Below, one piece after another: positions 28,551-42,800 of a stretch of 64,000 bases of DNA. Source of the stretch: Saccostrea echinata. Taxonomy: Eukaryota. The notes below the pieces were generated by a model. That model had not been told where the DNA came from, ran no database searches, and saw only the letters and a program-made list of their open reading frames with translations. A program made the translations under genes and the position numbers. The stretch's first letter is position 1, and each line of letters starts with the position of its first letter. The DNA is taken from assembly GCF_033153115.1 (NCBI RefSeq), contig NW_026889782.1, positions 14,198,001-14,262,000 of the forward strand. Reading direction: 5' to 3'.

Positions 28551-28800
28551 TTTTTACTGTTGGCCGTAATTAATTAGCGATAATTAATTCGTTCAATTAT
28601 GTGAATCACACTTCACCAGATTACACCTGATAGACCGGACGCAATTCATAGCGCTCCGGATTTCTTTGTTCACAACTGTTTATAAACTCCAAATTAAACA
28701 TGTAACATTGTAAATATTTAGTGTTTGGTAGTTTAGTAGTAGTGCTAGTTGTTTTTGCTTCTCTATTTCCTTTGTTTTTATGACTTCTTAACTTTTTTCT

Positions 28801-28841
28801 TTGTCCTGAGGAAGGGACAGGTTGTCCCGAAAATTTGACAA
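28801..28841 (+). ncRNA. Minimal type-I hammerhead ribozyme (right pLTR)
   Basis: TTGTC-CTGAGGA-A-GGGACA(ggt)TGTCCC-GAAA-ATTT-GACAA: helix I TTGTC/GACAA, core CUGANGA and GAAA, helix II, and a palindromic AATT in place of a full helix III. Confidence 0.75.
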
Positions 28842-28858
28842 TTATTATTGTTCGTGTC

Positions 28859-29000
28859 NNNNNNNNNNNNNNNNNNNNNNNNNNNNNNNNNNNNNNNNNN
28901 NNNNNNNNNNNNNNNNNNNNNNNNNNNNNNNNNNNNNNNNNNNNNNNNNNNNNNNNNNNNNNNNNNNNNNNNNNNNNNNNNNNNNNNNNNNNNNNNNNNN
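28859..29000. other. Assembly gap (142 N)
   Basis: Run of N. Confidence 1.
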
Positions 29001-29721
29001 ATTAGCCGTTTTTAAAAATATCATATTGCAGTATATAAAATATTTTATTTTGATTTTTGATTTTTTTTAAATAACATATCTAAAAATACACCATCCAGAA
29101 TCCATGCATAGATTGAATCTTGTAGTCCAATCAAGCACCTCATACATTTTATCATTTACTGCACTTTTTAAATATTGTTACAAGTGCCATTTGGCAAAAA
29201 AAAGTCAATTGAAAAAAAAATTGACTAAAGTGAAGCTGATCAAGAAAACCCCATCACAGTGCACTTGATCTATGCAACTTAAGTAATGCTAATGGTTTTA
29301 GGAGCCCTCTATTCATTGCACACCTTAGACTTATCTTGTGGTACTTATATGCAGGAAGACTGTCTACATTCTAATTAAAAATGAAATAATTTGAAATTTA
29401 CAGTATATTCATTGATATTAATCAATTCTAGCATTCTTAACATTTATTAAACCAAAATAAAATTTAATGAATACTTTATTTACATGTATATCAGCCCTGC
29501 AGGCTGACACAGTGAAAGAAAGTTTTGCCCATACAAAACCCTGTATTTACGACAAAGTATATTTATATGACTATATGTAACAAAGCTTTATACAATTCAA
29601 ATTTTCTGAATGTAAAAAAAAATCATAGAGAGGATGATAAAGACTCTATGTGAATATTTAGAGGTATTTTGTCTTTGATTCAAATCTAAATGACAAACAT
29701 GTACTCTTGTATGTACATAAC

Positions 29722-29723
<2 letters not shown>

Positions 29724-29786
<63 letters not shown>
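29724..29786. repeat. (TA)n microsatellite
   Basis: Direct reading. Confidence 0.95.
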
Positions 29787-29789
<3 letters not shown>

Positions 29790-30565
29790 TGAAAATGTAG
29801 GTGTTCAAAAATATGTATTGGTTGACTTAAAGTAAGTTTTATTGTCACACATTTAGGCCTTGCAGTAAATTCCAGTTTTATATGCATCTCATTGAAATTT
29901 GAATTGTACATCATATATATGCTTTTCTTTACTCAGAATTTACAATCCAAGGAGTGGAAAAATATGTGGAAAAATATTCAATCATTAAATTCTCGGAAGT
30001 CATAAAAAAACCTTTACAAATGTCCTGGAGTGAGAGATAGCTCAGATTTTTATTTTCAAAGTCAAAATTTCAAATCAAAATAAATGAGTTTAAAAATTTT
30101 TCTCCATGTAATATTTATAATATACACACCTGCAAAGTTTCATGCACAAAAATGAATTAGAACTCAAGATATTTAAAATCAAAATTTTGACTTAAGTCTG
30201 TTCTTAGTTTATGGTCTAGAGGAAGGGTACAACTTTGCTAGGCGTGAAATTTTCAGACTATAGGAAAATAGTCATTTTGCCTTCTAAACATTATATAGGA
30301 AATGTTAAGTATAGTAATTCGAGTTATATTTTTATGCTTGTCAGATTTCTTTTAGGGGTTGGGGTTGGGGTTGGTCCCCACTTTTAAACCGTTGCTAAGG
30401 ACCTGCTCTCTACTTTAGTAAGGTTTATGCATCCATGTGCATTTGCAGTAAAAAAAATATATTCTTTATATATTTATTATAAACATTGAAAATATGATAA
30501 GATTTTTAAAAAAAAAAAAAAGACAGGAAATTAACAAGACAGATTATTGGATGAAATATTGGATG

Positions 30566-30804
30566 CTACATTCGTGTTATCATGAGAATTGATGAGTTGA
30601 AAATTGTCATGTTCAGAACTCCCTGGTACACCTGGTCCCCTCCAAATCCTCGTGGAGCATTTAGAAACACTAATCCACATTCATCGAACCACCACCCTCC
30701 TCTGAAATCTACTGCACAGTTAAACGCCCATCTATCATTGTCTCTATCATATGTCGAGAACGAAATACCATTCATACCTCCAGCGTAACCTTTACTAAGG
30801 TCGC
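30566..30804 (-). CDS. LU-FReD gene exon 13 (FReD C-terminus, stop)
   Basis: [27 protein letters not shown]...GGWWF..C...LN..MITRM*. Confidence 0.92.
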
Positions 30805-33800
30805 CTGTGAATTAACAAAAGTATGACTGAAAAACGCTTAAAGGCAGATAAGTCCAAATTAAGAAGATATTTTGTTTTACAGGATGTTTAAAAGATATCG
30901 TTCATTTACCAGCAGTTCCAGACGCCTTTCCAAGAGTAATGGTGTAGTTTTGAGCTTCGGATGCTACTTTCATGTTGTCAAATCTTTCATACCAGGAACT
31001 GCCATTCGTACTTGAAATACCAATATAAAACTGTGTTCTATGTGGAGATGTCAAAAGATGAATGACCTCATTTCCTAGAAAGTAAAGATTGTCATAATAT
31101 AACAAAATGCCTCCTTTAATAGCAAAGGACTTGAGATTTGTGGCATAAAACAGTTACATTCTCTTAAAAACAGCAACCTAATCAATGAATGTTATCAAAG
31201 TTAAAAAAAAAGAAAGAAGATATTTGTTAATGTTATTTGAACAATGAATTGATACAGAAAAAATGAATTTATATGGCAAAATAATTTAAATGATAAAAAA
31301 ATTATTTATCATTACATAAATCATTTCGGCAAGGTTCATGTAATATTGTGTATTTAATATAATTATCAGAGAAAATAATGTCAAAATAGAAAAACCGCTT
31401 TCAAAAATTAATGTTATTTGATCAAAGACTGTTACCAATACATGTATATATGCATTTCGCAGGCGTTCCATACCTGCTTGTTAGATAATGAGAGGTTGCT
31501 TTACAGTACAGTACGTATTGGATATCATATGAGCTATATCCGCTGTATAAAGGAGTAATCATGTAATAAAATATCATATTAAATTACAACTGGAAAATTG
31601 TTAAGGTTTTCAAATAGGTTTTAAATTTGAATTTTGTGAACTCGAAACATGTAAAATTAGAAGATTGTTTTCTAGTCAAACGTACCCAACCAGAATTCAC
31701 CAGTGACATTACCAAAGCCATTCTTATATTCTTCCCAGCTCTTATAAAAATTTTCATTTAAAGGATGCCGCCATTGAAACACCTAGGAAAGGACAGATAA
31801 AATTCAGAAACAACTTTGTATTTAAAAGCGACTGCAGTATACAACTGATAAGATAAATAAGGACAACTACATGTATATTCAATACAAGCTCATTTGTATT
31901 ATAGATACAGTATAGATATAAAACTACAGATTGTCGAAAAGGACAATGAGAAGATAGAAAATGATGTAAATGAATCATTATTATTCAATTGATTGTAAAA
32001 ATAAAGTCAAAGTGAATGCTTTTAATTCACCAGACATATTGATATAGTTACACTGACTAGATGCTTACAATAACGCTATATATTTATAAATTTAAACTAC
32101 TGAAGTTGTTAAGCTTGATTTTATGCAAGCGTTAGTAGCGTACATTTGAAGGAGCAATAAAAAGCAAGATAAGAATCCCCTCACCGTCCAGCCTTTGGGC
32201 TCAACATCCATATTACAGAGCACGTCTATTGGCCTCCCCCTGGATCCCCATGGATAGATTTGGTATATGCCCGTTTTATTATAACCTTCATGTAAGATTT
32301 CCCAGCAATCAAACGGAAACGGATCTAAAACATTAAACACTATTATTTTTCACTGGTTCTTTGGAATTGTTTTCATTCTTGAGTATAAAACTTTGGTATT
32401 CAATTTTTATTAAAACAGAAATATTGAAAATAGCGAAAATTGAATGCAAAAGGAAAAAAAAAAGAAAAGAGACAAAATTCCAAATACAAGGTACATCGTA
32501 ATTGTATCAATATTATAAAATAAATTACATACATGTAATACAAGGGTTTTCAGGTAAAATCGTGGACAAAGCGTTTTTATCCAAAAATTAAGGGCACACT
32601 AAGCTGCAATTTTCAGCAAAGGTTTATTATCATTTAAGTCCATCATAATTTTTTTGATAAAATATAGACAAAATATAGATTCTATTACACTAGAATGTGC
32701 CCAGGGTACGGTCATATGGCGCACGATAAAAAAAACAACAACTAGGGTTTCATTCTAGAATACGTGGGTATTATTTCGAAATAAAAGTTTGAAATCGATA
32801 CGACTGGGTTAAAAACTATCCACTTATTTTAATTCATTATCTATTTTGTCGACATCTGGAAAATTTCAAGGTATTTGTATGCATTTAACAATATTCAAAT
32901 TCAAATTATTCGAATATACAGTTGTATATTTAATAATCAGCCTTGTTGCAAAATTATTTCATTACTACTTTAATTTTGAATAGTTCAGTTAAGAATGTCA
33001 GCTCTATCTGTTCTGATTCTGATATAACTTCATTTTTGAGGGGCTGATTTCATAACTTGTTCTCTAATCTTCACCCATGAGGCCCACATGAACGATTTTA
33101 AAGTTATAAGAATTGCGTATTCATTTGCAAATTCAATTATCAACATCTATTTTTTCTAAATCATACAAACGATATTGTAAATCTTTCAGACGATTTTAAA
33201 AAAAATTGAAAATCGAAGCTCTTATTAGTTATTATAGAGAATACCTGAAAATAACAACTTCAGAAGTACTTGAAAGAGTACATAGTGATTGATGAGTTTG
33301 TTAAGGAGATTTTTAACTAAAACTAACATATCCTACTGATCGTACATGTAAGTCTTGATCTAGTGTTCAACTGCTCAGGTATGTTAAGGCAGCACATAGA
33401 TCAGAATTCGGTGAATTTATACTTTTTTGTAAAATGTAAATAAATCGGGCCGTAGATAAAACATTACTATTTTTATCCATTTAATAGACGTCATACAGTC
33501 CGACTAAAAGAAGCAATCCACTATATGAAATAACATAACGTCTATAAATAGAAAAAAAATGCCTTAATGAAAAAGTGAAAAGTTCAAAACTGCCCTGTGG
33601 ATAATTCATTTCTCTTCTTTGTTATCATGATAAGTATGTGAAAACATCACTGGGCCATGAAAAGTGCTGCTTGAATCCTACACTCCTCGGTCTTATGTAC
33701 ACAATGTAAAAATTTTGCTATAGCTTCATGCGAAAACAGGGAATAATTATTTCTGTGATAGGAATTTTCATCAATTTATGTTAAGCACACGATCAAGTAT

Positions 33801-36800
33801 TGTAGTATACAAGCTTTTGATAGAAACAAAATTTATGTATTGAAGTATGCGGTGTAGTGTTGAACTTTTGCATCTTTTTTGTTACGAACGACAGAAGAAA
33901 GACTGAACGGGATTTCATAACACTGCCAGTCTTCATTAAACGACAAAATGATACAAATGAATCAGCACACCATGTCCCTAATCTTTAATTCCTTATGAAT
34001 CACACATGATATTTGTGGTATATGCTTTTAAACTCCCATTTCATATATGTGTTCACACGAATTCTCGTTACCTTTTATTTTCACTCTGCAGATATTTGAT
34101 CAATAGTTATGACGTCATGGGTTCGGTAAAAGTACTTGATTTTATTAAAATTAAATAATTTCGGTTCATAATCTTAGCACTTGTTAACAGTTTTTGGTTA
34201 TAAATGCATGAAATAAATTGACGTATTAACCCTTTTTAGAAGATAAAAATTACATGGAGACTAAATATTACAACGTAACGTAGCTTAATACATATCCCCA
34301 AACACGGTGATTCTTATCCATATACATTTGTGGATTTGTAGGAAGAAAATATTGAGATACGAATTATGAAAATATATGATAATTATGAAGAAGCAATAAG
34401 AATCCTTTATTCGAAATCCTGGTAATTACAGATAGCAAGAGATTTTAAAAAAACGGAAAAAGGGGTGGTTATTAATTTTAAGAGGGCTTTTCAGGCAACA
34501 AAACAAAGTTTATGGGATCTGTTATCAGTTTTGATTCAATAAATGTTTGTATTATATGCTTTTCGTTCATTAAATATAGAAGCATTTATTGTAAATAATG
34601 TAAGTTTTAATCTAATCTTGTAAATGCCTCATGTAACTTTGATATTATTAATAAAACATACACTTAAGTGTTGTAGTAGTTGATGGAGTTGTAGTTATAG
34701 TTGTTGTTTTCACTGTTGATGTCGTTGATGGTAGAAAGTCGGTGCCTTAAATGATATTAGAGTTAGAATCATAGGAAAAAATTCTATTACTGGTCTAGAT
34801 ATGATTATTGCGCCTTTATTCCAACAATTGGTTACAAGTGTGGTTAAAAAAATCGTATTAACAAAATATTTTAGTAAGCAAAAGAATATTTAGTCATACA
34901 TCCTAGGTTACAAAGATCGGTGTTGCAGCATCTCAGACAACGCTCAGCTTTTCGCTTTCCAAAAATGCTTGTGCTACCCTTGTTACAAATCTGGGAAATA
35001 ACGGAATAAACATCGTTAAAGTCATATTAATTATTATTATATTTGAAAAAATATCTTCGCAAATACAGACCACAAATCTCAATTGTCAATGGAATTTTGA
35101 CTGTTCTATTTTAGCAAAAAAAAAAAAAAAAAAAACCTTTCATGTATAATTGGCAATTATATTATGATAAGGAATTTGAATTTGCTTTTGGTGAATTAAT
35201 TATTTTAAAGGACGAGACGGAGGATAACATGGAATGGCATACCATTCAAACCCCATTTTTGAATTTAATGTTGAACAATATGTTAATTGAGAAGTTATTA
35301 AGTTTCTAAGTTGGCAAAAAGGATTTATATTCTGCACAAAATCTCTATATTTCTGAGGAGGGATCAGATTTTCTTGTGCAGCACGTTAGTTTAACAGATT
35401 TCGTACGCCTATTCGATAATAAGTTAAAAAATAAATTACGATAGAAAACTAAACTTATTCAAAGTACGTGTAAACTTTAGTTAACTAAAGTTAATACTTA
35501 AACTTTAGGTTAAAATTTAGGAATTAATTTAAAAAAAAATAAACAGCAACGATTGCAAAAAGATCTTTTCAATTAAACTTGTAAGATTCTTTGCATTGTG
35601 TATATGAGCATTGGAATTGAATGAGATTTAGATTTATTGAAGTCATTGCCATGAGATAAATACATTATTTTTAGTTTTCTTTAAGTTGACCAATTTCCGA
35701 ATGATTTTGTTTTGCCCACTTTCTAGACACTCACATGCTTTTGGGAGCAGGATTGTATAAATATGGAGTCACCAAATTCAACTTCCTCTCGGAGATGACA
35801 TATCTGTGTAAAACAAAATATTCTTCTTGAAAATATACTTTTATTTATATTCTTTGCTATACCTGATGTATATTCATAAAGTTCATATTCGTAATTTTCC
35901 ATGCTGCTGAATGTAAGTTCATTATACATAACACAAATACAACAAAGTTTAGTTAAAACAATATTTAATCGATGAAATTGACAACGTTACAAATACACTG
36001 ATAATAAATACAATAGCCATGAGGCTTATATTAACCCCTCTTTCTTCAAATTCAAGTGAGAAAACATGTACGTAGATGAAACCTTATATAGTACACTCAG
36101 AAAGGAAACGTTTCATACATATATATAGTGAACAGTTTACTGGAATTGAAGCCGTTGAAAAATCTCCAAAAATTCCAATTTTTACATACCAAAGTAAAAA
36201 TTTACCTCACTCATTCATGCCACATCACAAATAAAATTTCAACTAATATTTATCATTTAATATTGAATGCAGGAGCGTCACATACATTACTACAGGTATT
36301 GCCTTGATTCCGTGATAAATTAATAAATTCACCATACATATTGTTAGTACATCCAAAGAATGCTTAAATTACAGTTTCTTAGACAAATCATAGTATGATC
36401 CTATCCTGATCCTATGTATAATATTACTAACAGGCATTTATGTGATAGGTGTATGAGAACTACACAAACACATAGAGCAATAAATATTGAGGATCAGACA
36501 TGTGATAGGAAAGACTGCTACATTACACACATATATATATAGATCTTCAGACACTTATTTCTTTCAATTCCAGGTTTCAAAGGAGATATACACGTATATG
36601 AAAACTGTGCATATGAATTAAACAAAAACAATAACATATTTACAAACAGAAGGAACAATCGTCATATGATCGAAAAATGGTTTTAGAAAAACCACGTGAT
36701 AGGAATGTGGTCTTAATTTAAATGAACAATTTAAATCCTTAAAACAGGAAAGAATCTCAAGGTAATAACGACTAGGTTATCTATAACGGATATAAGAGAG

Positions 36801-39800
36801 ACATTGATTATTGTTTGTATATTGTAACGAGCCTGTAACTAAGATGTTAAGAAAAATCAACAATATTTTTTTAAGATATTAAACTTTGCTGGCCAATTTA
36901 AGCAATCAAGAATGATACCTAGATGAAAAAGCATTTTTTCCATATCTTCAGGAGAGTTGATCATGTGTTTGTGTTCATTATGATCAACAATAAAATTTTT
37001 GCCCTCCCACACAAAGGTAGATCTTGCTTCGCTTTTTTTTAACAATCTGCCGGGCTTGGTATGCAAGATTATTTCTTGTTTTCGTTAGATCCTGGTTAAC
37101 TGTTTCTTTTTTCATACCGCCGATTTTTCTAAGCTTCTTGCAGCATTTGAGGATTCTGTGTCTTAGATCGTAGTTATTAATTCTGGCAATGATTTAACGT
37201 TGTTTATCTGCTGACTTGCGGCCAACTCGATGTGATACAGCGATGTCCTCCTTCTTGAGGGGAATTTTCAATTTGGTTGCGATTTCTAAGAATACAGCTA
37301 CGCCTACTTATACATCTGCAGATCGTCGATTTCCTTTTTGAGTGACATGTTCTCTTTTGGAGCATAGTTATCTGCTCTCTTAGGGGATCAATCATATTTG
37401 TACTGTCACAATGATACCTCTCAATGCTTGAGCAATACGCTGGACGTCGACATCAGATATGAAAGCCTGGGATGCTGGTTGGTATTGTGCAGGAAATGCC
37501 ATCTGAGGGTAAGGTACTTGGTACTGGGGACTTTGAGTAGATTGAAAATAGACAGTATTTTGGCTAGGACTGGTCATATCTGTAGCAACAGACATTGTGA
37601 ATAGATTTTTGTTTTTGATTGTTGCACTGAAGATGGTGAAGGTTCGGATTCAGTGAATCATAGAGAACGTTTACGTTTAGTTAAATGATCAAAAGATTTT
37701 GACATGAGCAATACAAACCACAATCCACAGCCAGTGAACTCAACTCACTGATAACTTACTGACTGCACAGACGATAAACAAAAAAATGAGATCAATGGAT
37801 CTGGGCTCAAAATGTCCAAAAAATGTCATGAAAACATTAATTTAAAGTATGTAACAATACCTCTATCCACTTAGGTCACAAGCTCCTACACAGCAATGTT
37901 AAGGCGTACTTCGGAGAAATCAACAGAATATAAACGTGCATAAATACATCCCTTTTTAAACTGAATTATTTTTGTAAAGGTACTATATTATCACATGACT
38001 TTAAATATTATTTGAAATAACATTGTATACCTCGCTCTGTGAAAAATGCATATAATGTGTACTGTATGTAGGTCACAAACAAATTTCAATATCGCAAGAG
38101 CATACCCTAGTTAAAATTAAAAATTTAGGTAATAAATTGTTTCTACATAACTTGTGGTTTATGGAAAGTGCTGCTGCTTTAAATAGAATTCGCATTTTAA
38201 TAGTTTAAATTTCAGGTTATCTGGCTTATGTCGAAATATCTGTGACCTTTATCAAGTATTTTATGTATTAATTAAGTAATGCTCTCGATTTCAGGAAAGC
38301 AGCAGCACTTTTCAAGTTAAGGAATATGTCCGTTATGTATATTCAAAAAATGGTCAAGATCTATTAAGTGTATGCCCTTGCGAAAAGGCGATTTAATGAG
38401 GCACCTCGGCGTGAAACATGCACACCCTGTAGACAAAACATGGTAGAATTAATTCAATACATTCTCTCGATAGTAGTTAAATAATGACACTCAACAAACG
38501 TTTCAGATTTGTATTAATGGTCTACTTAAGATTTGCAAATAATATTCTGTTTAATAATAAAATGCATTTTTCACTGTGAAAAAATTACTTGATCCGCCTC
38601 TCACTGCACATAAAATGCGTCAAATTTTACCATGATGACGTCATGTCGACAAGTGCATTGCCATCAGTGACTTGTCTATATCTTGCTGTGTGGGATTTAA
38701 CTAGCGACAAAAATGAATGTAGTGGTAAGCTTTGATGTAGTTCATTACTCTTATGCAGCTAAGAATCGCAAATTATTTCATTTTCTGTTATTGTGAGGAA
38801 TTGCTATATTTGTGTGATGTCACAGTAAATTTTTCCCGTATAAATTAGGCCCCGCCCCCTTTATGCAGCCTTAACAGAGCTGCGTATCACAAGGTTTGAT
38901 AGTTTCACATTACTTCAAAGTAAAAATACACGAACTCTCACTGCTAGCGCATGCATGAATAAGCAAGAAAGTTTGATCTTATTGTTACATCGTTTAAACA
39001 ATTATAAAGAAATTTAGAGTTGTTTAATAGATTTATGTAGCAAATAACCATGTTTATGTTTGAGATATTATAAAAAAAATTCGGGAAAATAGTTGCAAAA
39101 TGTTATATAACACAGTATTTTTGTGTAAATGTTTTGCGTAAAAATCCCTTTCCTAAATTCTATCGGTAATCGTTATTCTGTGATTTCAAGAAAATCTTCT
39201 AATTAATATTGTTCATCTCAAAAGAGAAAGTCGATTTTTAATCGTATTTAATACGCCGAATTACAATCAAGGGTAATAGAGCAAAATATTTTTAGAATAT
39301 TTAATAATATGACTGCACTCTGAAGCTTGAGACATGAATTTTGATGTACATTCTAAAATTTTACCTCAATTCAAAGTAATGCGCATATGTATTACTCTCT
39401 CTCCGTCATGATAGCTCAGATTTGTATCGATATGACTTCATATTCCTTTATGACGTCATATTTTTGTAGTTCAAAGAAATGACTGCATGGGGGTGTACTG
39501 TGATATTTCTGGGGAAACCTACACCTACCTCTGATTTTAAAATTAGTAGTTGTGTATTAAAAATGTAATTAAAATGCACGTTAACAGTTGATGTACTAGC
39601 GGATACCACTTGTTTTATTAAAAAATTATTAGTATTAATTACCTCATTTTCGTCACAGACTTTGACAGAACTACAAACTGTAGGGTCTGCTGATTGAGGA
39701 CAGTTGAAACAGAGCGGACCTCTTCTACTTGGATAGTCTGTAGCAGGGAAAAAAATAGACAGTAAAATCATCACCAAATATTATTTTTCCTGAATCCCTA

Positions 39801-42800
39801 ACAAAGCAGACTGATAGATTCAGATCAACTTGTCTATGTCTATCTGATGCCTGTCTCTAACAAAAATAAAATTTGAACCGTATGGGATTTGGTATTAATA
39901 GTTGAACAAAGTTTTAAAAATATTCATACTGACACACGCACATATTTATGAATGTGTTATTTAGAACGAGATTTTCTCGTTCTGGGGCTTATGAAACATC
40001 GATCTTAACTAGATAATCAACCTTGTGACTCTGAATGTAACTGAAGTTATATATATACAATGTATTATTACTATTCTTACACACCTACATTTAAAAGAAC
40101 GTTTCACTTATATGCACTTTACTATCATCATTTTTCCTGTATCTATATATATATAGATGTCGGGATTTTATATGAGGAATGTAAAAAAGATTTTTCCTTA
40201 AGTATTAGGATTAGAGACCTCCTGTGATGAATTGAACATTTTTGGTAAACTTTCGTAATATATGCTGTACAAAAATGTTTATATGTTTCACTGTGTGTGG
40301 GATAAGCCAAACACTCTTTCTTTTATTAGCAGGGATCGTTCTTAGACCCCTTTTTCACACAATGGAGCTGAATGAATAATATTTTATTGTTGTTGTACAA
40401 ACCTATTCCCCCACATCCTTTATGATTGCAAGCATCAGACGTACAACATTCCACACATTGTTCAGTATGAGCATAGGCAGGGTTGTGGCTCCTTAACAAT
40501 CCAGATAAGGTCCGATTATAACAGATCTATGATAGTTGTAGAGAAAAATATGGAAAATGATGAATCAAACTATCGATAAAGTTAGAATACTGCTTTTTAC
40601 ATAATTAAATCTTAACATATTGGTGCCTAAATAATCTCTTTAAAGTAAACACAAGATAAGTTTATATGTAATTTTAAGAACATATCTGAACGTGTTATTT
40701 ATAACATATTCTTTTTTTTTATTTACCGCTAATTTCTACTTTCTAATCCAATCTTTAACATTCTTATTTGTTATTTGCTTCTCATGATATTTAAGTTTTC
40801 AATCGTGCACTTCCCCTATTTATGTAGCAATATACCCTTATCACCTGTATATAGGATTTATATCTCTCAGTTAATTCGATTCGCTTGGGCATGCTCTACA
40901 TACGAACATTCAACAATTTCTAAAACGAGGCAAGCTATTGATACCAAGTTGATGAAACAAGAATGTCAACAGTCTCGTTTAAAGTCATCATTTCGCAAGT
41001 TATATTGTCGATAAAATGACCTTGTCAGCAAATACATTCTGTCAAGAAGACTTAGTGAAAAGTTGACTGATGTTTTTCATACTAAGGAATTGTCTACGGA
41101 TTTTCCTGGTTTTTTTTTTCAATCATGACATGGATCAATCGGCGGGTTTGACCGGTTGGTAGGGGATGCCCAATCTTCCAGGTCACCTGTTCCCAACTCT
41201 GATGATTTTGGAGCTTCATGTTTGCTCTGCTTCCAATTTTTTGTTTGAATGGACTTATGAGCTTGAATACTGTTCGTTATCTCCATATTTCATTAAAGAA
41301 TTTATTCATTTAATTAATGGCTATACATTGAGAGTGTATATGTAAATTAAAATGAAGATTGAAGAGAGTAAAAACTAGAACAGAATTGAAAAACTGAAAC
41401 AAAATTAAAATAGTTTTATAGCATTGATTGAAGAGCATTTTTAAAATAAAAAGAAGAAATACAAATATGACAATATCTATGGAATAGATTTATTATTTTT
41501 TTTTATTTCACAAATGTGTTTCCGAAAGTTCTGAATACAGTTTGATTGTTTTATCAAAGTACATGACTTGTATTTTCGTCATGGGGGAAAAAATCATTTC
41601 TAAAAATCTCACACAATAACCAGGAAATAAAATTTTATATTAAAAGTCCTGCTCTGTAATATTCTGACAGAAAGTCAGAAAATAAAATATCAATTTTATC
41701 TATTTGATTAATTATTTAATACACGTTAATTCATAACTTACGTACTGATGGAGTATGGCATCCTGTGTCAAATAAAACTTCTCCGTTTATTCCTGAATAT
41801 CTTTGGGTAAAACAAACCTTCAAGAAAATGAAACATGAAGATAACGAACCTAACCTACAAGAGAATTTCTTTCCTTAAATCAGCAATTCAAAGTATTTCC
41901 AATTAAATTATGTAAGAATTGCCATCCTCTGGAATATTGCCCTAATGCCTCCCATTCTTGCAAAGAAATTTGTTAAAGTAGCAATACTTTAATCACAGAA
42001 TATTGGGGAAAATTATATATTATTAAGAAACGTGTCGTCTTACCTTAAATGATTTATATTGATTTGTTAAAAAGCTTTTTTTTTTTTTTTTTTTTTTTTT
42101 CTAAATTGTTAAATAGTTCAGTTATTTCAAAATTGCTAAAAGCTTTATTGTTTGAAACTTTTTTTCGTTGAAAGAGCTAATTAATTGAAAATTGCAAAAA
42201 ACTGAATACTAGTTATTTCTAAATTGTTTTAGAAAAATCAACGTGTAGAAAAATAACTTCAAATGTACGTATAAGCACTGATATTTCCACTGACTGATAA
42301 CAATTTTCATTAATATCAGACTTGACACGAGGCCCTTGAAGTTTAATTTGTGTATCAATTATAATCCAGAAGTCCCTAGGATATATGAAAAAAAAAATCA
42401 AGATTTGTTTACCTTCCCTGCATCACACTTTTGAATTGTATGACAATGTCTTGGAGAGATGACTGCGGTGCAACTCAAACAGTATAGGACATCTAAAAGA
42501 TATAAAAACATTTAACATATTCTACATGTAGCCATTAATTACAATTTAATGACACATTAAAGGGGTATTTATGTTTTTCCGGCGAAATTACTACAGGAAT
42601 TGCTACAACATTTAAGTTGACAATATTGAGTGCATACACCTATTAACATCAATTCTGAATACTTTTGAAAGTTAGAATGTATCTCTCTGTAATCTAGTTC
42701 GAAATATGACCTGGCAACAACTCAAATTTAAAGAATTCAAACCAAAATGCATCTACGTTCTAAGTTGATTATGCAAACCTTTAAACTTTTTTTAAGACAT

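Larger units (their letters stand above)
26010..28858 (+). mobile_element. Penelope-like retroelement (RT plus C-terminal GIY-YIG), internally deleted, with inverted pseudo-LTRs
   Basis: [63 protein letters not shown], and [17 protein letters not shown] (GIY-YIG with CxxC). 26113-26418 is the inverse of 28553-28858 with 2 mismatches in 306 bp. The right end runs into the N gap. Confidence 0.92.

Noticed and set aside
38031-38106. Possible middle exon of LU domain 2
   Set aside because: It contains a stop in the required frame. 35735-35803 fits phase and Cys pattern instead.
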